NCBI GenBank assembly: GCA_051003155.1
Contig: JBPCLO010000011.1
Span: 1-64,000 of the forward strand
Length of the DNA stretch: 64,000 nucleotides
Direction of reading: 5' to 3'
Source of the DNA: Fimbriimonadales bacterium
GTDB taxonomy: Bacteria > Armatimonadota > Fimbriimonadia > Fimbriimonadales > ATM1
Shown: piece by piece, positions 10,152-19,991 of the stretch
Position numbering within the stretch: position 1 is the first letter of the stretch
How the letters are laid out: the number at the start of each line of letters is the position of its first letter
Notes under the pieces: generated by a model
The model's input: only the letters and a program-made list of their open reading frames with translations
The model's database searches: none
What the model was told of the DNA's origin: nothing
Made by a program: the position numbers and the translations under genes

Positions 10152-10742
10152 TTATTTTCCAGATGCAAATTTCAGGGCGAGCGGTATGAGCATGTGCGGG
10201 CCGACGTCACCCGCCTCCTCCCTGGCGGCAACGGCCGCCCTTTCCGCATCGATTCTCTTGTGGCCGAGCGAAATCAAAGCCTCCACGACGTCGTCGCCCG
10301 TGCGTCCCAATCCGGAAGACAATCTGCCAAGCAGCGATTCCTCTCTAATCTTGTCGGACAATTCGACACACAGTTTCTGAGCAAGCTTCATACCGACTCC
10401 CGCCGCGCGCGTTAGAACCTTGGAGTCTCCGTTCAGGATCGAAGCAATGATGCCCTCTTCTCGTATCGTCCCCAGGAGTGAAAGAGCCAGCTTCGGTCCC
10501 AATCCGCTCGCCGTTATCAGAAGGTCGAACAGCCTCCTCTCGCTCGCCGATTGGAAGCCATATAGCGAAATATCGTTTTCCCTCACCACCTGCCGCGCGT
10601 GAAGATCGACGGGCATCCCGAGTGCTGGCAGCCCTACCAGAAGGCGCTCGGACGCAAAAAGCTGGTAGCCGACGCCACCGGCCATAACGATGGCGTAGTT
10701 CGGCCCAATTTCGAGCAATTCTCCGCTGATGCGAACGATCAT
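10152..10742 (-). CDS. ruvA: Holliday junction branch migration protein RuvA
   Basis: GGVGY, VREN..LYGF, two HhH motifs, ALISLG; adjacent to ruvB. Confidence 0.95.
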   Translation of the reverse strand: MIVRISGELLEIGPNYAIVMAGGVGYQLFASERLLVGLPALGMPVDLHARQVVRENDISLYGFQSASERRLFDLLITASGLGPKLALSLLGTIREEGIIASILNGDSKVLTRAAGVGMKLAQKLCVELSDKIREESLLGRLSSGLGRTGDDVVEALISLGHKRIDAERAAVAAREEAGDVGPHMLIPLALKFASGK

Positions 10743-11893
10743 GCGTTCTTCCCGGCAGGCGGCCGAGGGCGTTGCAATTCGAATCCGATAGCGGTTCTTT
10801 TGTACACGAATCTCATGCCTGTCACCGGGCTCAGGGCCTCGTTACCGAAACTAGTCAGATCATTCGGCCGGTCGGCGAGGAGGAGGCGCAAGGTCAGTGA
10901 TAGCAAACGCAAGTTTTCGTGCCGCACCTTGGGCAGAATCGCCGCCGCCTCAAGGGAAGGACGGATGAGGCTCATGTAAAGCGCCGCGATCGGGTGCGCC
11001 TTTCGGTCCAATTCAAGGCTGGACTTATTGGTGCGAAGATTGGCTAGCGCTGAGTCGACGACCAGCCTGCTTTCCTCCCGGACGACCTGCGCAGAAACGG
11101 TGTCGCTACCCGCGAACGCTTCGATGGACTGGGCAAGCTCATCGTCCACGTTCGGGCGGCCGTTCGGGTCTCCGCCGGCGAGATGTACAAGTTGGCCGAC
11201 CTTTACCGGCGCACTCGACAGTTGCAGCCGCGTGCGCCATCTGGTCAAGCGCCCTGCGGTTGCGGACAGGACGGCCGTGTGCGAAGGGCCCTTCCCTTCG
11301 AGTTCCTTGATAACTCCGCGAAGCCGATCCGACATCAACGAATCGAGTTGGGAGCCCACGGATTTTATCCCCTGTGCCAGGGTGTCTGCAACCGCGCCCG
11401 ACGCTAACCACTCTTCGATCGATTGCCTCGACATGGCGTCGCCGTACACGAACGCGGTTCTAAGGATTTGCTCGGCCCGAGCGGGATCGTTACGGTCGAT
11501 CGCATCTGCCAGATTGACCGCAAGCAGTCGACTAACAGAAAGGATTTCTGCCGTCCGGTCCGGACCTATGAGCGCAGGGCCGTGGGCCATCAAGCTTCCC
11601 CTCGCTCCAGGCAGTTTGAGGAGATGCGCCATCGCTGCCTCGGTAGCAATAAGGTAGTCGCTGCGCTGCTGCCGAGTGGAGGTCGAACTTAGGGGCGCTT
11701 CCGGAATGCCCGGATAACGCAGCGCTTCAAGAGTAGACGCAAGTAGGTCCGGCCGGTTCGACACGACCTTGCCCACTTGGAGTTTGTCGCTCAACGGGCG
11801 TGTCCGGGCGACCTCTTCCTGGCGGCACGCACCGACGAAAAGCAGCGCTATGAGCAAAGCGGCGAACAGTCCGAAGGGATGGCGGTTGAACAC
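10739..11893 (-). CDS. Hypothetical alpha-helical lipoprotein
   Basis: Signal ending VGAC; C-terminus resembles that of 43154-44350. Confidence 0.65.
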   Translation of the reverse strand: MFNRHPFGLFAALLIALLFVGACRQEEVARTRPLSDKLQVGKVVSNRPDLLASTLEALRYPGIPEAPLSSTSTRQQRSDYLIATEAAMAHLLKLPGARGSLMAHGPALIGPDRTAEILSVSRLLAVNLADAIDRNDPARAEQILRTAFVYGDAMSRQSIEEWLASGAVADTLAQGIKSVGSQLDSLMSDRLRGVIKELEGKGPSHTAVLSATAGRLTRWRTRLQLSSAPVKVGQLVHLAGGDPNGRPNVDDELAQSIEAFAGSDTVSAQVVREESRLVVDSALANLRTNKSSLELDRKAHPIAALYMSLIRPSLEAAAILPKVRHENLRLLSLTLRLLLADRPNDLTSFGNEALSPVTGMRFVYKRTAIGFELQRPRPPAGKNA

Positions 11894-11960
11894 TGACTTG
11901 AAATGGACTCCTTCGTCACGATGGCGGCTGGACTTCTCTGTCCCGCGTTAGAATAGACGT

Positions 11961-13043
11961 GTGAGCTTACCGCAGATCGCTCGAAAAGACTCCGCCCAGC
12001 TCGATGCAGCGGAAGCGTTTCTACTGGGATCGCTAAGGCCGCAGGCGCAGCTGATGGACCAAGATCTAGCTGCGCTCACGCAGGGGCTCGATGAACTTGG
12101 AGGGCGCGGATGGCTCGGTTTGCGCGTTCCCGAAGAGTTCGGCGGGCTTGGATTTGATGACCGCGCCTTCCGCAGGTTCCAAGAAACCTGTTCCAGGTGT
12201 AGCGGCGCGCTTGCATTTCTGCAGACCCAGCATCAAAGTGCGTGCGGATTTCTCGCTAAAAGTGAGAACGACGACCTGAAGATGAGGACGCTCCCGAAGT
12301 TGGCAACTGCCGAACGGACAGCCGGGATCGCCTTCTCGCAGCTTCGGCGGACTGGAAATCCTTTGCTTACCGCGAAGCCTGCAGCCCGTGGCTACCTCTT
12401 GAACGGCAGAGCGCCTTGGATAACGGGTTGGGGCATATTTGACGCTTGTGTGACCGCGGCAACATTGCCGGGCGGCGACACGATCTTCGTTTGGCACAGT
12501 CTCGAGGAGAGTCGCGGATTTAAGGCTTCGGACCCCATGCGGCTAGCCTCGATCGAGGTCGCACAAACAGTTTCGGGGGAGTTCATCGATTTTGCAGTGC
12601 CCGAGCAAGACACCCTGTACATTCGGCCGGGGAACTGGATACAAGAGAACGACCTAATCAATATAGCGCTGCAATCGCCGTTCGCGCTCGGGTGCGCACG
12701 GGCAGGCATCGACGTGATGCGCGATGCCTTCGCGAATAAACCGATCGAAGCGATCGCGGCGGCGGCAGACTCCCTTGAAAACGAGTTAGAACACTGCCGT
12801 GACGAAGCCTACGGGGCGATGGAGAACAAGGGAGATACTGAGCGGAGCCTGAACGCCCGAGCCTGGGCGATTCATTTGGCTGGCCGCTGTGGTCACGCGG
12901 CCGTTGCGGCTAGTTCCGGAGCAGCCAATTCGATGCAGCATGCGGCACAGCGGGTGTACCGAGAAGCGTTGGTGTTTACGGTTTCAGCGCAGACTACGCC
13001 GATCATGGAAGCGACGTTGCGTCGGTTGGTCGGCCTTCAGTAG
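11961..13043 (+). CDS. Acyl-CoA dehydrogenase family protein
   Basis: VPEEFGGLG, LNGRAPWITG, AQRVYREA. Confidence 0.85.
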   Translation: MSLPQIARKDSAQLDAAEAFLLGSLRPQAQLMDQDLAALTQGLDELGGRGWLGLRVPEEFGGLGFDDRAFRRFQETCSRCSGALAFLQTQHQSACGFLAKSENDDLKMRTLPKLATAERTAGIAFSQLRRTGNPLLTAKPAARGYLLNGRAPWITGWGIFDACVTAATLPGGDTIFVWHSLEESRGFKASDPMRLASIEVAQTVSGEFIDFAVPEQDTLYIRPGNWIQENDLINIALQSPFALGCARAGIDVMRDAFANKPIEAIAAAADSLENELEHCRDEAYGAMENKGDTERSLNARAWAIHLAGRCGHAAVAASSGAANSMQHAAQRVYREALVFTVSAQTTPIMEATLRRLVGLQ

Positions 13044-13300
13044 GTCGGTTTGACGAGCCACGCCCTGGGCACAGGCTTGTTTCCCGCCACGACTTCGATC
13101 AATGCTTGGCTCTTCATTACAGTGGTGCAAACGGTAAGTCGCACCTTGCCATGGGGTGTCTGGATTGTCACCGTTTGGAGGTTAGGATGCTGAACGCGGT
13201 TCTTGCGGGGGGCGCGAAACTTCCACGGACCCGAGTGACGGTGCCGTATGTGACGTGCCTTCATACCTTTCTTTCCGCTTACTTGACAAACTCTAGCCAT
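13037..13300 (-). CDS. rpmB: 50S ribosomal protein bL28 (divergent)
   Basis: MARVCQVSGKK...R...PNLQ...VC pattern. Confidence 0.85.
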   Translation of the reverse strand: MARVCQVSGKKGMKARHIRHRHSGPWKFRAPRKNRVQHPNLQTVTIQTPHGKVRLTVCTTVMKSQALIEVVAGNKPVPRAWLVKPTY

Positions 13301-13461
13301 CTTCTTTCTCCAGCTGGGTGCGAGATTATACCCACATCATGGAAAAGCGACCTCGTCTGCGGGACCGCACTAACCGAAGGCCCCGGTTCGACGAGGGTCA
13401 AAGGACCTAATTTTTGCTGGGCGAACCCATCTTCTTGGCACGACACGTCACAATGACACCT

Positions 13462-15156
13462 ATGAAGTGCACAGGCTCACGTGTCCGCCGGTCCGGCGGG
13501 CCGTTTTTGTTTCTACTAGCGTTCGGGGCCATTTTGATTACGCCTTCCGCCTCAAACGCTCAAGACTCTCTCGGGGGTGCGGAATGCCGCATCGTTGGCA
13601 ACATGTCGGTCCTCTTCAAACCTGGGACCACGGAACTCGAAAAGCAAGCCGCAATTCTCAAACTGTCGAGCAATTCCGATTTTGAACCCGGCGACCGATG
13701 GGTAACCACCCACGGAGGCAACACAGGTGGGTGGGGAAATCCTGCTTCGATTTCGTACAGCTACGTGCCGGACGGAACGTTCGTCCCGAACTCCGGGCTT
13801 GGCTCTGGCCCCAGTTCCTTGTTCGCGCGGATGAACGCGCAGTTCGGTGGAAACACGGCCCTTTGGCAGTCGAAGTTCGACGCCTCATTCAATCGATGGG
13901 ACGCGCTGACGGGCCTTTCGCATACGCACGTGAACGACGACGGCGCGGCGCTGCACAGCGCACCCGGGGTCGGTACGACTCGCGGCGACGTTCGCATAGC
14001 CATGATTACGATGACGGATTCGAACGTCATTGCTTACAACTTCTTCCCGGACATCGGCGACATGGTAATGAACCGTACATTCAACTTCGCCAATCCCACT
14101 AACGATTACAGGTTTATGAGAAACACCATCATGCACGAGCATGGCCACGGTTTCGGCCTCGAGCACATGATGTCGAATAACAGCATTCAGCTCATGGAAC
14201 CCATCCTTATGACCAGCCAGGACGGCCCCCAGAATGACGACATTCAGGGCGGGCAGTACACGTACGGCGACTGGGTCGAGAACAACGACAACAACGCGAC
14301 CAACAGCGACCTCGGCAATATTTCGAACGGCCAAGAGGTGTTGAACTTGGCGATCGAGAGACCGGCTGACCAGGACTGGTTCAGGGTAACCGTGTCACCT
14401 GGCGTCGCGATCACTATCACGGCCACACCCGTCGGCGCAATCTACAATGAGGGGCCGCAAGGTGGCAGCCAGCAGTCTAGAAACTCTACTTCTATCAACA
14501 ACCTTCGTGTCTCTGCATACGAGCCGAACGGCACGACGCTGCTCGGCACGTCCGATACGGGAGCGACCGGCCAGCCGGAGGTCTTGACCAATATCATTCC
14601 GCCCAGCGGCGAAGCACGCATCAAGATCGACGTCTCGACGAATGCTTTCGACATCCAAAGGTACAGACTCACGTTCAACCTGACGACATCGGGCGAGACA
14701 GTTGTGCCCACATCCTTTGAGATGTTCCGCGGAATCGTCCTCTCGGGCGGTCTTCCGGAGCTACAGACGAGCAATAATCAGTACCTGGCCATGCGGCCCG
14801 GACCCGTGTTCTCGAACAGCGAGTATCCGATACAGCTGATCGCCCGCAGCACGACGAGCGTTCATACGCCTAGCCAACTCCGGTTCAGCGTCGAGTCGTT
14901 CGTCAATACAGGCAACCTTAACCGGAAGCTCGAGTTGTTCAACGTCCAGACGCAGGCTTACGAGCAAATCGACCTTCAGGGCGCGAGCCAAACCGAGGGC
15001 ATCGTCGAGATACTGATCTCATCGAATGCAGGACGATTCGTCAACTCCACGACCGGCGCCGTGAGCGCCAAGATGAGCTGGATGGCTACGTCCACCACGT
15101 TCACCTATCCTTGGATCGCAAAGGTGGACCACATCTTCTGGAGACTCAACCCCTAA
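13462..15156 (+). CDS. Secreted matrixin (M10-like) metalloprotease with PPC-like domain and shared C-terminal domain
   Basis: Signal peptide, HEHGHGFGLEH zinc motif, Met-turn LMEP, D.DWFRV segment; start uncertain (13414/13453/13462). Confidence 0.85.
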   Translation: MKCTGSRVRRSGGPFLFLLAFGAILITPSASNAQDSLGGAECRIVGNMSVLFKPGTTELEKQAAILKLSSNSDFEPGDRWVTTHGGNTGGWGNPASISYSYVPDGTFVPNSGLGSGPSSLFARMNAQFGGNTALWQSKFDASFNRWDALTGLSHTHVNDDGAALHSAPGVGTTRGDVRIAMITMTDSNVIAYNFFPDIGDMVMNRTFNFANPTNDYRFMRNTIMHEHGHGFGLEHMMSNNSIQLMEPILMTSQDGPQNDDIQGGQYTYGDWVENNDNNATNSDLGNISNGQEVLNLAIERPADQDWFRVTVSPGVAITITATPVGAIYNEGPQGGSQQSRNSTSINNLRVSAYEPNGTTLLGTSDTGATGQPEVLTNIIPPSGEARIKIDVSTNAFDIQRYRLTFNLTTSGETVVPTSFEMFRGIVLSGGLPELQTSNNQYLAMRPGPVFSNSEYPIQLIARSTTSVHTPSQLRFSVESFVNTGNLNRKLELFNVQTQAYEQIDLQGASQTEGIVEILISSNAGRFVNSTTGAVSAKMSWMATSTTFTYPWIAKVDHIFWRLNP

Positions 15157-15182
15157 GCGGTTGACTTTCGGCGGAGGACTCC

Positions 15183-15211
15183 AGGGCCGCTTCATACGGC
15201 GAAGCGGCCCT
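15183..15211. terminator. Hairpin between convergent genes
   Basis: AGGGCCGCTTC-atacggc-GAAGCGGCCCT, 11-bp perfect stem. Confidence 0.65.
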
Positions 15212-15218
15212 TACTCCG

Positions 15219-15845
15219 TCACCATTCCGAGGAGGACCAGTGCGCGAGCGCGATCTGCACTCGATTCGTGAGCCCCATCTTCTTCAGGATCCGGCTCACT
15301 AGGTTTTTCACGCTTTGCTCGCTCAGGCCCAAGAGCTGAGCGATGTCGCGGTTGGCGAGGCCCTTTGCAATGAGCGCCGAGATTTCTTGCTCTCGCGTAG
15401 AAAGGTCACGGCCTGGAATCGCCCCGCGGCGGCTGCCGCGCACGGGCATCTCCCAGGTTTTCCCCGCGGCCACGGCATGAATAGCTCTTAGGAGAGCCTC
15501 CGAATTGCTTGTGCGCAAAACAAGCCCTTTGGCCTCATTCGGCGCGAATGCAGTTACACGCGGCGCCGTCTGCCCATCGGCAAGGATTACCATAACGGTG
15601 TCAGGGGAAACTGAGCGAAACTTCGCCATTCCCTGATCGCCGAGCTCGTCGAGGAGCTTTGCGTCGATGACTAATACCTGTGGATTGCTGCAAAGGACAT
15701 CCATAAGCTGGCTTGGCTCCGAAACGACTCCCACGAGACGGATGTCGTCGACCGGCGCCAAGACCGCCGCCATTCCCTCCGATGTCAGGGTTTGGGAATC
15801 GGCCAACACAACAGTAATCACTTTAGTCCCGTTTAACGATCGCAC
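15219..15845 (-). CDS. NarL/LuxR family response regulator with atypical receiver
   Basis: Receiver fold followed by LSTREQEI..LIAKGLANRDIA..L.LSEQSVKN HTH. Confidence 0.88.
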   Translation of the reverse strand: MRSLNGTKVITVVLADSQTLTSEGMAAVLAPVDDIRLVGVVSEPSQLMDVLCSNPQVLVIDAKLLDELGDQGMAKFRSVSPDTVMVILADGQTAPRVTAFAPNEAKGLVLRTSNSEALLRAIHAVAAGKTWEMPVRGSRRGAIPGRDLSTREQEISALIAKGLANRDIAQLLGLSEQSVKNLVSRILKKMGLTNRVQIALAHWSSSEW

Positions 15846-15894
15846 TCCGTCCTTTCAAACGGCATGCTCGGGACTAATGTTTCATTCCGAAGCT

Positions 15895-16530
15895 TTAGTC
15901 CACTAAGAGCCGCTTGATCTTCTTCTTCGCACGTTGGAGAGCGTTGTCGATCGATTTCGTTCCGCAGATCAACTCGCCGGCGATTTCGTGATACGTCTTG
16001 CTGTCGAGGTACCGCCGCACAACGACCAGTTCGAGTGGGCTTAACGTTTCTTCGAGCGCTCTAGGCAGATTCCTTGGCAAGCGCGTTCGCATGAGCATGT
16101 CCTCCGGGTTGGCCCCGGCTCGATCGGCGATTACGTCGATCAGCGTTCCCTCCGCTTCGTCGTCGTTGAAGCTCCGACTTAGGGAAATGTAACCATTGAG
16201 AGGGCCGTGCTTTTGCCGAGTGGCCGTCTTGACCGCCGTAATGATCTGCCGTGTTACGCACAGTTCGGCAAAAGGGGCGAACCGGGGAAGCTTGTCGCTG
16301 CGAAAGTCCCGGATGGCTTTCCAGAGGCCCATCATGCCTTCCTGAATGACATCTTCATGGTCCGCACCTACGACGAAATACGTCCGTGCTTGCCGCTCGA
16401 CCAAATTCCTATATCGCAGGAAAAGCCATTCTGCTGCTCGGTCGTCTCCGGTCTTTGCGCGATCGACGGCATCTTCGTCGGTGATACCAAACCTTGTCGC
16501 CGCCATCTCGCCAGGACTTAAATAAGTCAT
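15895..16530 (-). CDS. sigH: SigH (Spo0H)-like RNA polymerase sigma factor
   Basis: EDVIQEGMMGLWKAIRDF, FAELCVTRQIITAVKTATRQKH, KSIDNALQR. Confidence 0.93.
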   Translation of the reverse strand: MTYLSPGEMAATRFGITDEDAVDRAKTGDDRAAEWLFLRYRNLVERQARTYFVVGADHEDVIQEGMMGLWKAIRDFRSDKLPRFAPFAELCVTRQIITAVKTATRQKHGPLNGYISLSRSFNDDEAEGTLIDVIADRAGANPEDMLMRTRLPRNLPRALEETLSPLELVVVRRYLDSKTYHEIAGELICGTKSIDNALQRAKKKIKRLLVD

Positions 16531-16712
16531 CGAACGCGTCCTCCCTAGCTTGACATTACACCCGGCGCTCCACTCATTGAACCGGACTTATAAGTATGTT
16601 GGAGGAAAGCTGCACGGCGTGTCAACCGCCGCCGCGAAAAAGTTCGAGAAAAATTCGATATATCCCGTCGAACTCGCCGAATGGTCCAGCGCCTGCGCGG
16701 CGATGGTAGCTT

Positions 16713-17012
16713 TTAACCTTCCTCCTTCTCATCGGTTTTCTCTTCGTCGCGACGGCGCTGCTCAACCTCTTCGCGGTCACCGCCCGGGCCTTCGGTCCCC
16801 GGAATAAGCTGCCGGCCGACGTCCACAGTCTGCTCGGGGCTGCCCATTGCGAAACCATACTCGGCCTGAATCGGCAGCGGGCCGGGGGACTTGGAATCCT
16901 CGTTCTCTTCGGCCTCAGTGTCGTTGATCGGTTCCGGAACTGCCGTCTCATCGACAACGGGTGTTTCGTCGCTTCTCACAAACCTCTTTGGATCGTTGTT
17001 ATCGGGTTGCAT
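16713..17012 (-). CDS. Acidic hypothetical protein
   Basis: 99-aa D/E/P-rich ORF filling the gap. Confidence 0.5.
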   Translation of the reverse strand: MQPDNNDPKRFVRSDETPVVDETAVPEPINDTEAEENEDSKSPGPLPIQAEYGFAMGSPEQTVDVGRQLIPGTEGPGGDREEVEQRRRDEEKTDEKEEG

Positions 17013-17076
17013 AACCTTATGGGACGCCAGGCGCAGAATCGGCGTTGCCTGGGCGCGAAAGTGACAAACTATCGGC

Positions 17077-17955
17077 TTGTTTGCCGCAATCGCAATCCTC
17101 CTCCTTTACATCGGCATCCTCGTGCTCGTCGCCCTCGCTGCGCTGAAGCCGGCTCGGTCGCCGATCTACTTGTCGCCGGAGGTTTTCGGCGCGAAGACGG
17201 AGGACGTGGATTTCGAAAGCGACGCGCGCGTCCTCAAGGGCTGGTGGGTGCCGCACGGCCGCCCGCGGGCGGTAGCGATCCTGATGCATGGCTACGTTAT
17301 GAACCGATCCGAGAACGCGGCCCTCGCCGCGGCGCTCAACCGAAAGGGCTTCGCATGCCTTCTATTCGACTCCCGGGGATCCGGCAAGAGCGACGGGAGC
17401 AAAGTTGGCATGGGCTGGCTCGAACGAACGGACGTCGTGGCCGCGTGCAAGTTCGTTCAGAGCCGACAGCCGGACGTCCCACGGGTTTTGATTGGAGCGA
17501 GCATGGGCGCCGCAGCGGCGGCGTTTGCGCTTGCGGAAGCCCCGGACTGCGCGGACGCCCTAATACTGGACAGCAGCTACCACTCGCTCGCTCGCGCGAC
17601 GCTTGGCTGGTGGCGATTCATCGGCGGATCGGCCGCGTGCGTCGTGCTCGGTCCCGTCGTAACCGTCGCCGGACCTCTGGCGGGCTTCAATCCCTTCAAG
17701 GTGAACGTCGGCAAGGCTCTCGCTACGATCACACAACCGGTGCTCATCCTGCACGGCAGAAAGGACATCTTGGCAGCACCGTTTCACGCAGAGATGAACT
17801 ATCGCAGCGCGACCATAGACGGCAGTAAAAACGTGCGTATCATTTGGTTCGATGAGGCAGGGCACGTCGAGGCACGCTGGACGAAGCCCGAGGAGTATGT
17901 ATCGCAGATCGAGCAGTTTCTGGTAGATATGAACGTAGTGAAATCCGCATCATGA
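17077..17955 (+). CDS. Alpha/beta hydrolase with N-terminal membrane anchor
   Basis: HGY, GASMG nucleophile elbow, HGRKD, AGH. Confidence 0.88.
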   Translation: MFAAIAILLLYIGILVLVALAALKPARSPIYLSPEVFGAKTEDVDFESDARVLKGWWVPHGRPRAVAILMHGYVMNRSENAALAAALNRKGFACLLFDSRGSGKSDGSKVGMGWLERTDVVAACKFVQSRQPDVPRVLIGASMGAAAAAFALAEAPDCADALILDSSYHSLARATLGWWRFIGGSAACVVLGPVVTVAGPLAGFNPFKVNVGKALATITQPVLILHGRKDILAAPFHAEMNYRSATIDGSKNVRIIWFDEAGHVEARWTKPEEYVSQIEQFLVDMNVVKSAS

Positions 17956-18677
17956 TTCGTATTGGCCTTTCGGGATTCTCGTATAAGCCCTGGCAGGGCG
18001 AAGGGCGGTTCTACTCGCCGGAACTGAAGCAGAAAGAGTTCTTCGGCTACTACGCCTCTCGCTATGACACTGTCGAAATGGACGGCTCGTGGTACCGAAT
18101 GCCGACCGAGGAGGCAGTGAAGAATTGGGGCGAGGCATCGCCCGACCCTTTCCTATTCGCCTTCAAGGCCCACCGCACGATTACGCACATCCATCGACTC
18201 AAACCGGAGGCCCGGGAACCGGTTCTGTTCATGGTGAAACGAATAGCGCCTCTCTTGGAGTGGGGCAAGCTCGGCCCGATACTGGTGCAGCTGCCTCCAA
18301 ATTTGAAGCGCGATGACGAGCGGCTCGCCCTCTTCCTGCAAGACATCCCGAAGACGCTGGACGGCCTGCCGCTTCGTTACGCGATAGAGTTTCGAAACGA
18401 AACCTGGCATGCGCCGGAAGTCGAATCGCTTCTTCGCGAGCAAGGCGTCGCCTGGGTTGCCGCCGAGACCGACGATGCCAAAGCCCAGTGGCGCGACACC
18501 GCGGACTTCACCTACTCACGCCTCCGCAAGAGCGAATACGACGCCGAAGCTTTGAAGGTCTGGACTGAACGCTTTCGGGATGCGGGGAAGGACTGCTTCG
18601 CCTATTGCAAGCACGAAAACGAAGGCGCGCCCTGGATCTGGGCAGACGCGATGATCGAGCGTTTGCGTCAGGGCTAA
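17952..18677 (+). CDS. DUF72 family protein
   Basis: IGLSGFSYKPW, KLGPILVQLPP, IEFRNETW. Confidence 0.9.
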   Translation: MIRIGLSGFSYKPWQGEGRFYSPELKQKEFFGYYASRYDTVEMDGSWYRMPTEEAVKNWGEASPDPFLFAFKAHRTITHIHRLKPEAREPVLFMVKRIAPLLEWGKLGPILVQLPPNLKRDDERLALFLQDIPKTLDGLPLRYAIEFRNETWHAPEVESLLREQGVAWVAAETDDAKAQWRDTADFTYSRLRKSEYDAEALKVWTERFRDAGKDCFAYCKHENEGAPWIWADAMIERLRQG

Positions 18678-18770
18678 AGACTAGATACTCGTTCGCGTAG
18701 TTGCCTGTGTGGTATCTTGTCATCGTTGCGACCGCGACGACGCAGCCACACACCTTCCGGGAGGACTACG

Positions 18771-19559
18771 TTGAAACCACTAAGAATAGCCACCGTTTGC
18801 GTAGGGACGGGTCTGCTCGTCCAGGCCTCGCTCGCCTGCCCGTTCTGCACGAGACAGACGACTGGCCTCTTTATTGGTGAGACGCAGTTATTGGGCAACG
18901 GCTCCATCCGGTCTTGGGTCTTTCTCGACGACAACGCAAAACCCACGTCTGTAGGGATCACCTTCACCGATACGGCCCTCACCGGCTTGCCCGAGAATAA
19001 GCCCGTGAACGGGATGGACGGATATGAGTTCGTGCTAAAGCTGCCGAAGGAAGCGGCGGCCACGGCTCTCAAGCACGTGTCCGTGGATTGGAATCCGAAG
19101 GGACACATTCCGCCCGGGGTTTACGATGTCCCCCACTTCGACGTCCATTTCTACATGGCCACGACGAAAGAGCGCATGAAAATGACGCTCGACGAAGCCA
19201 GTTTGAAGAAGTTCCAAAAGAAGCCGCCTGCCAAGCTGCTACCCGGAGGTTACATCTACGCTCTCCAGGGCGAGGTTAAGTATATGGGCGCCCACTGGGT
19301 CGACGTCGCGTCGCCCGAATTTAAGGGTTCACCTTTCACGCACACCTTTATTTACGGGACGTATGACGCAAAGGTCATTTTTATCGAACCGATGGTAACC
19401 AAATCTTTCCTTGAAACGAAGGCAGCGGTGGACGCTCCGATAAAGCAGCCAGAGACCTACCAATTCGCAGGCAAGTACTTCCCGACTAAGTACACCGTTC
19501 ACTACAACCCTCAGCGCCACGAGTACACGATCGCGCTCGAAAGCTTCGTAAGGCGGTAG
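18771..19559 (+). CDS. Secreted DUF5602/TTHB210-like protein
   Basis: WNPKGH.PPGVYDVPHFDVHFY, MGAHW, IFIEPMVT; GGAGG before TTG 18771. Confidence 0.75.
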   Translation: MKPLRIATVCVGTGLLVQASLACPFCTRQTTGLFIGETQLLGNGSIRSWVFLDDNAKPTSVGITFTDTALTGLPENKPVNGMDGYEFVLKLPKEAAATALKHVSVDWNPKGHIPPGVYDVPHFDVHFYMATTKERMKMTLDEASLKKFQKKPPAKLLPGGYIYALQGEVKYMGAHWVDVASPEFKGSPFTHTFIYGTYDAKVIFIEPMVTKSFLETKAAVDAPIKQPETYQFAGKYFPTKYTVHYNPQRHEYTIALESFVRR

Positions 19560-19991
19560 GTCGGAGACCTATTTCGCTCCACAGCCCCCTCGTCACCACA
19601 TAAGTGTGGGGGCTTCGATGTGCACAGAGGCACAACGCTGGGACGAAAACCCAGTTTTCGGAGTTCTTGACGCTATCTCCTGCGCCCGCCCGTATCTTCT
19701 AACGTTCACCAAGCGAAGGTTTGGGAAGGACGGATTAATAAATGCGTTCAAGCTATCAGTTAGCGCGTCGATTCGTCGGTCTGCCTAGGTACGGCATAGC
19801 TATGGTCGACAATGGTGCCGTAGGGATTGTGGCCGAGCCGTCACCTTGCCACTCAAAGAGCTTTGCCTATCGGATATCCGGCCGCGCTGGATTCCCCAAA
19901 GTGCACGCTATTGGCTCCCGAAGCCGCAGCCGAAATCGAGCCGGACCTGAAGGAGGTCAAGATGCTGTTCAGTTAAGGAACGGGCAATTCG

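Noticed and set aside
19560..19990. 430-nt gap with short ORFs and small hairpins
   Set aside because: No recognisable protein motif or RNA family in the frames I read; possibly degraded DNA
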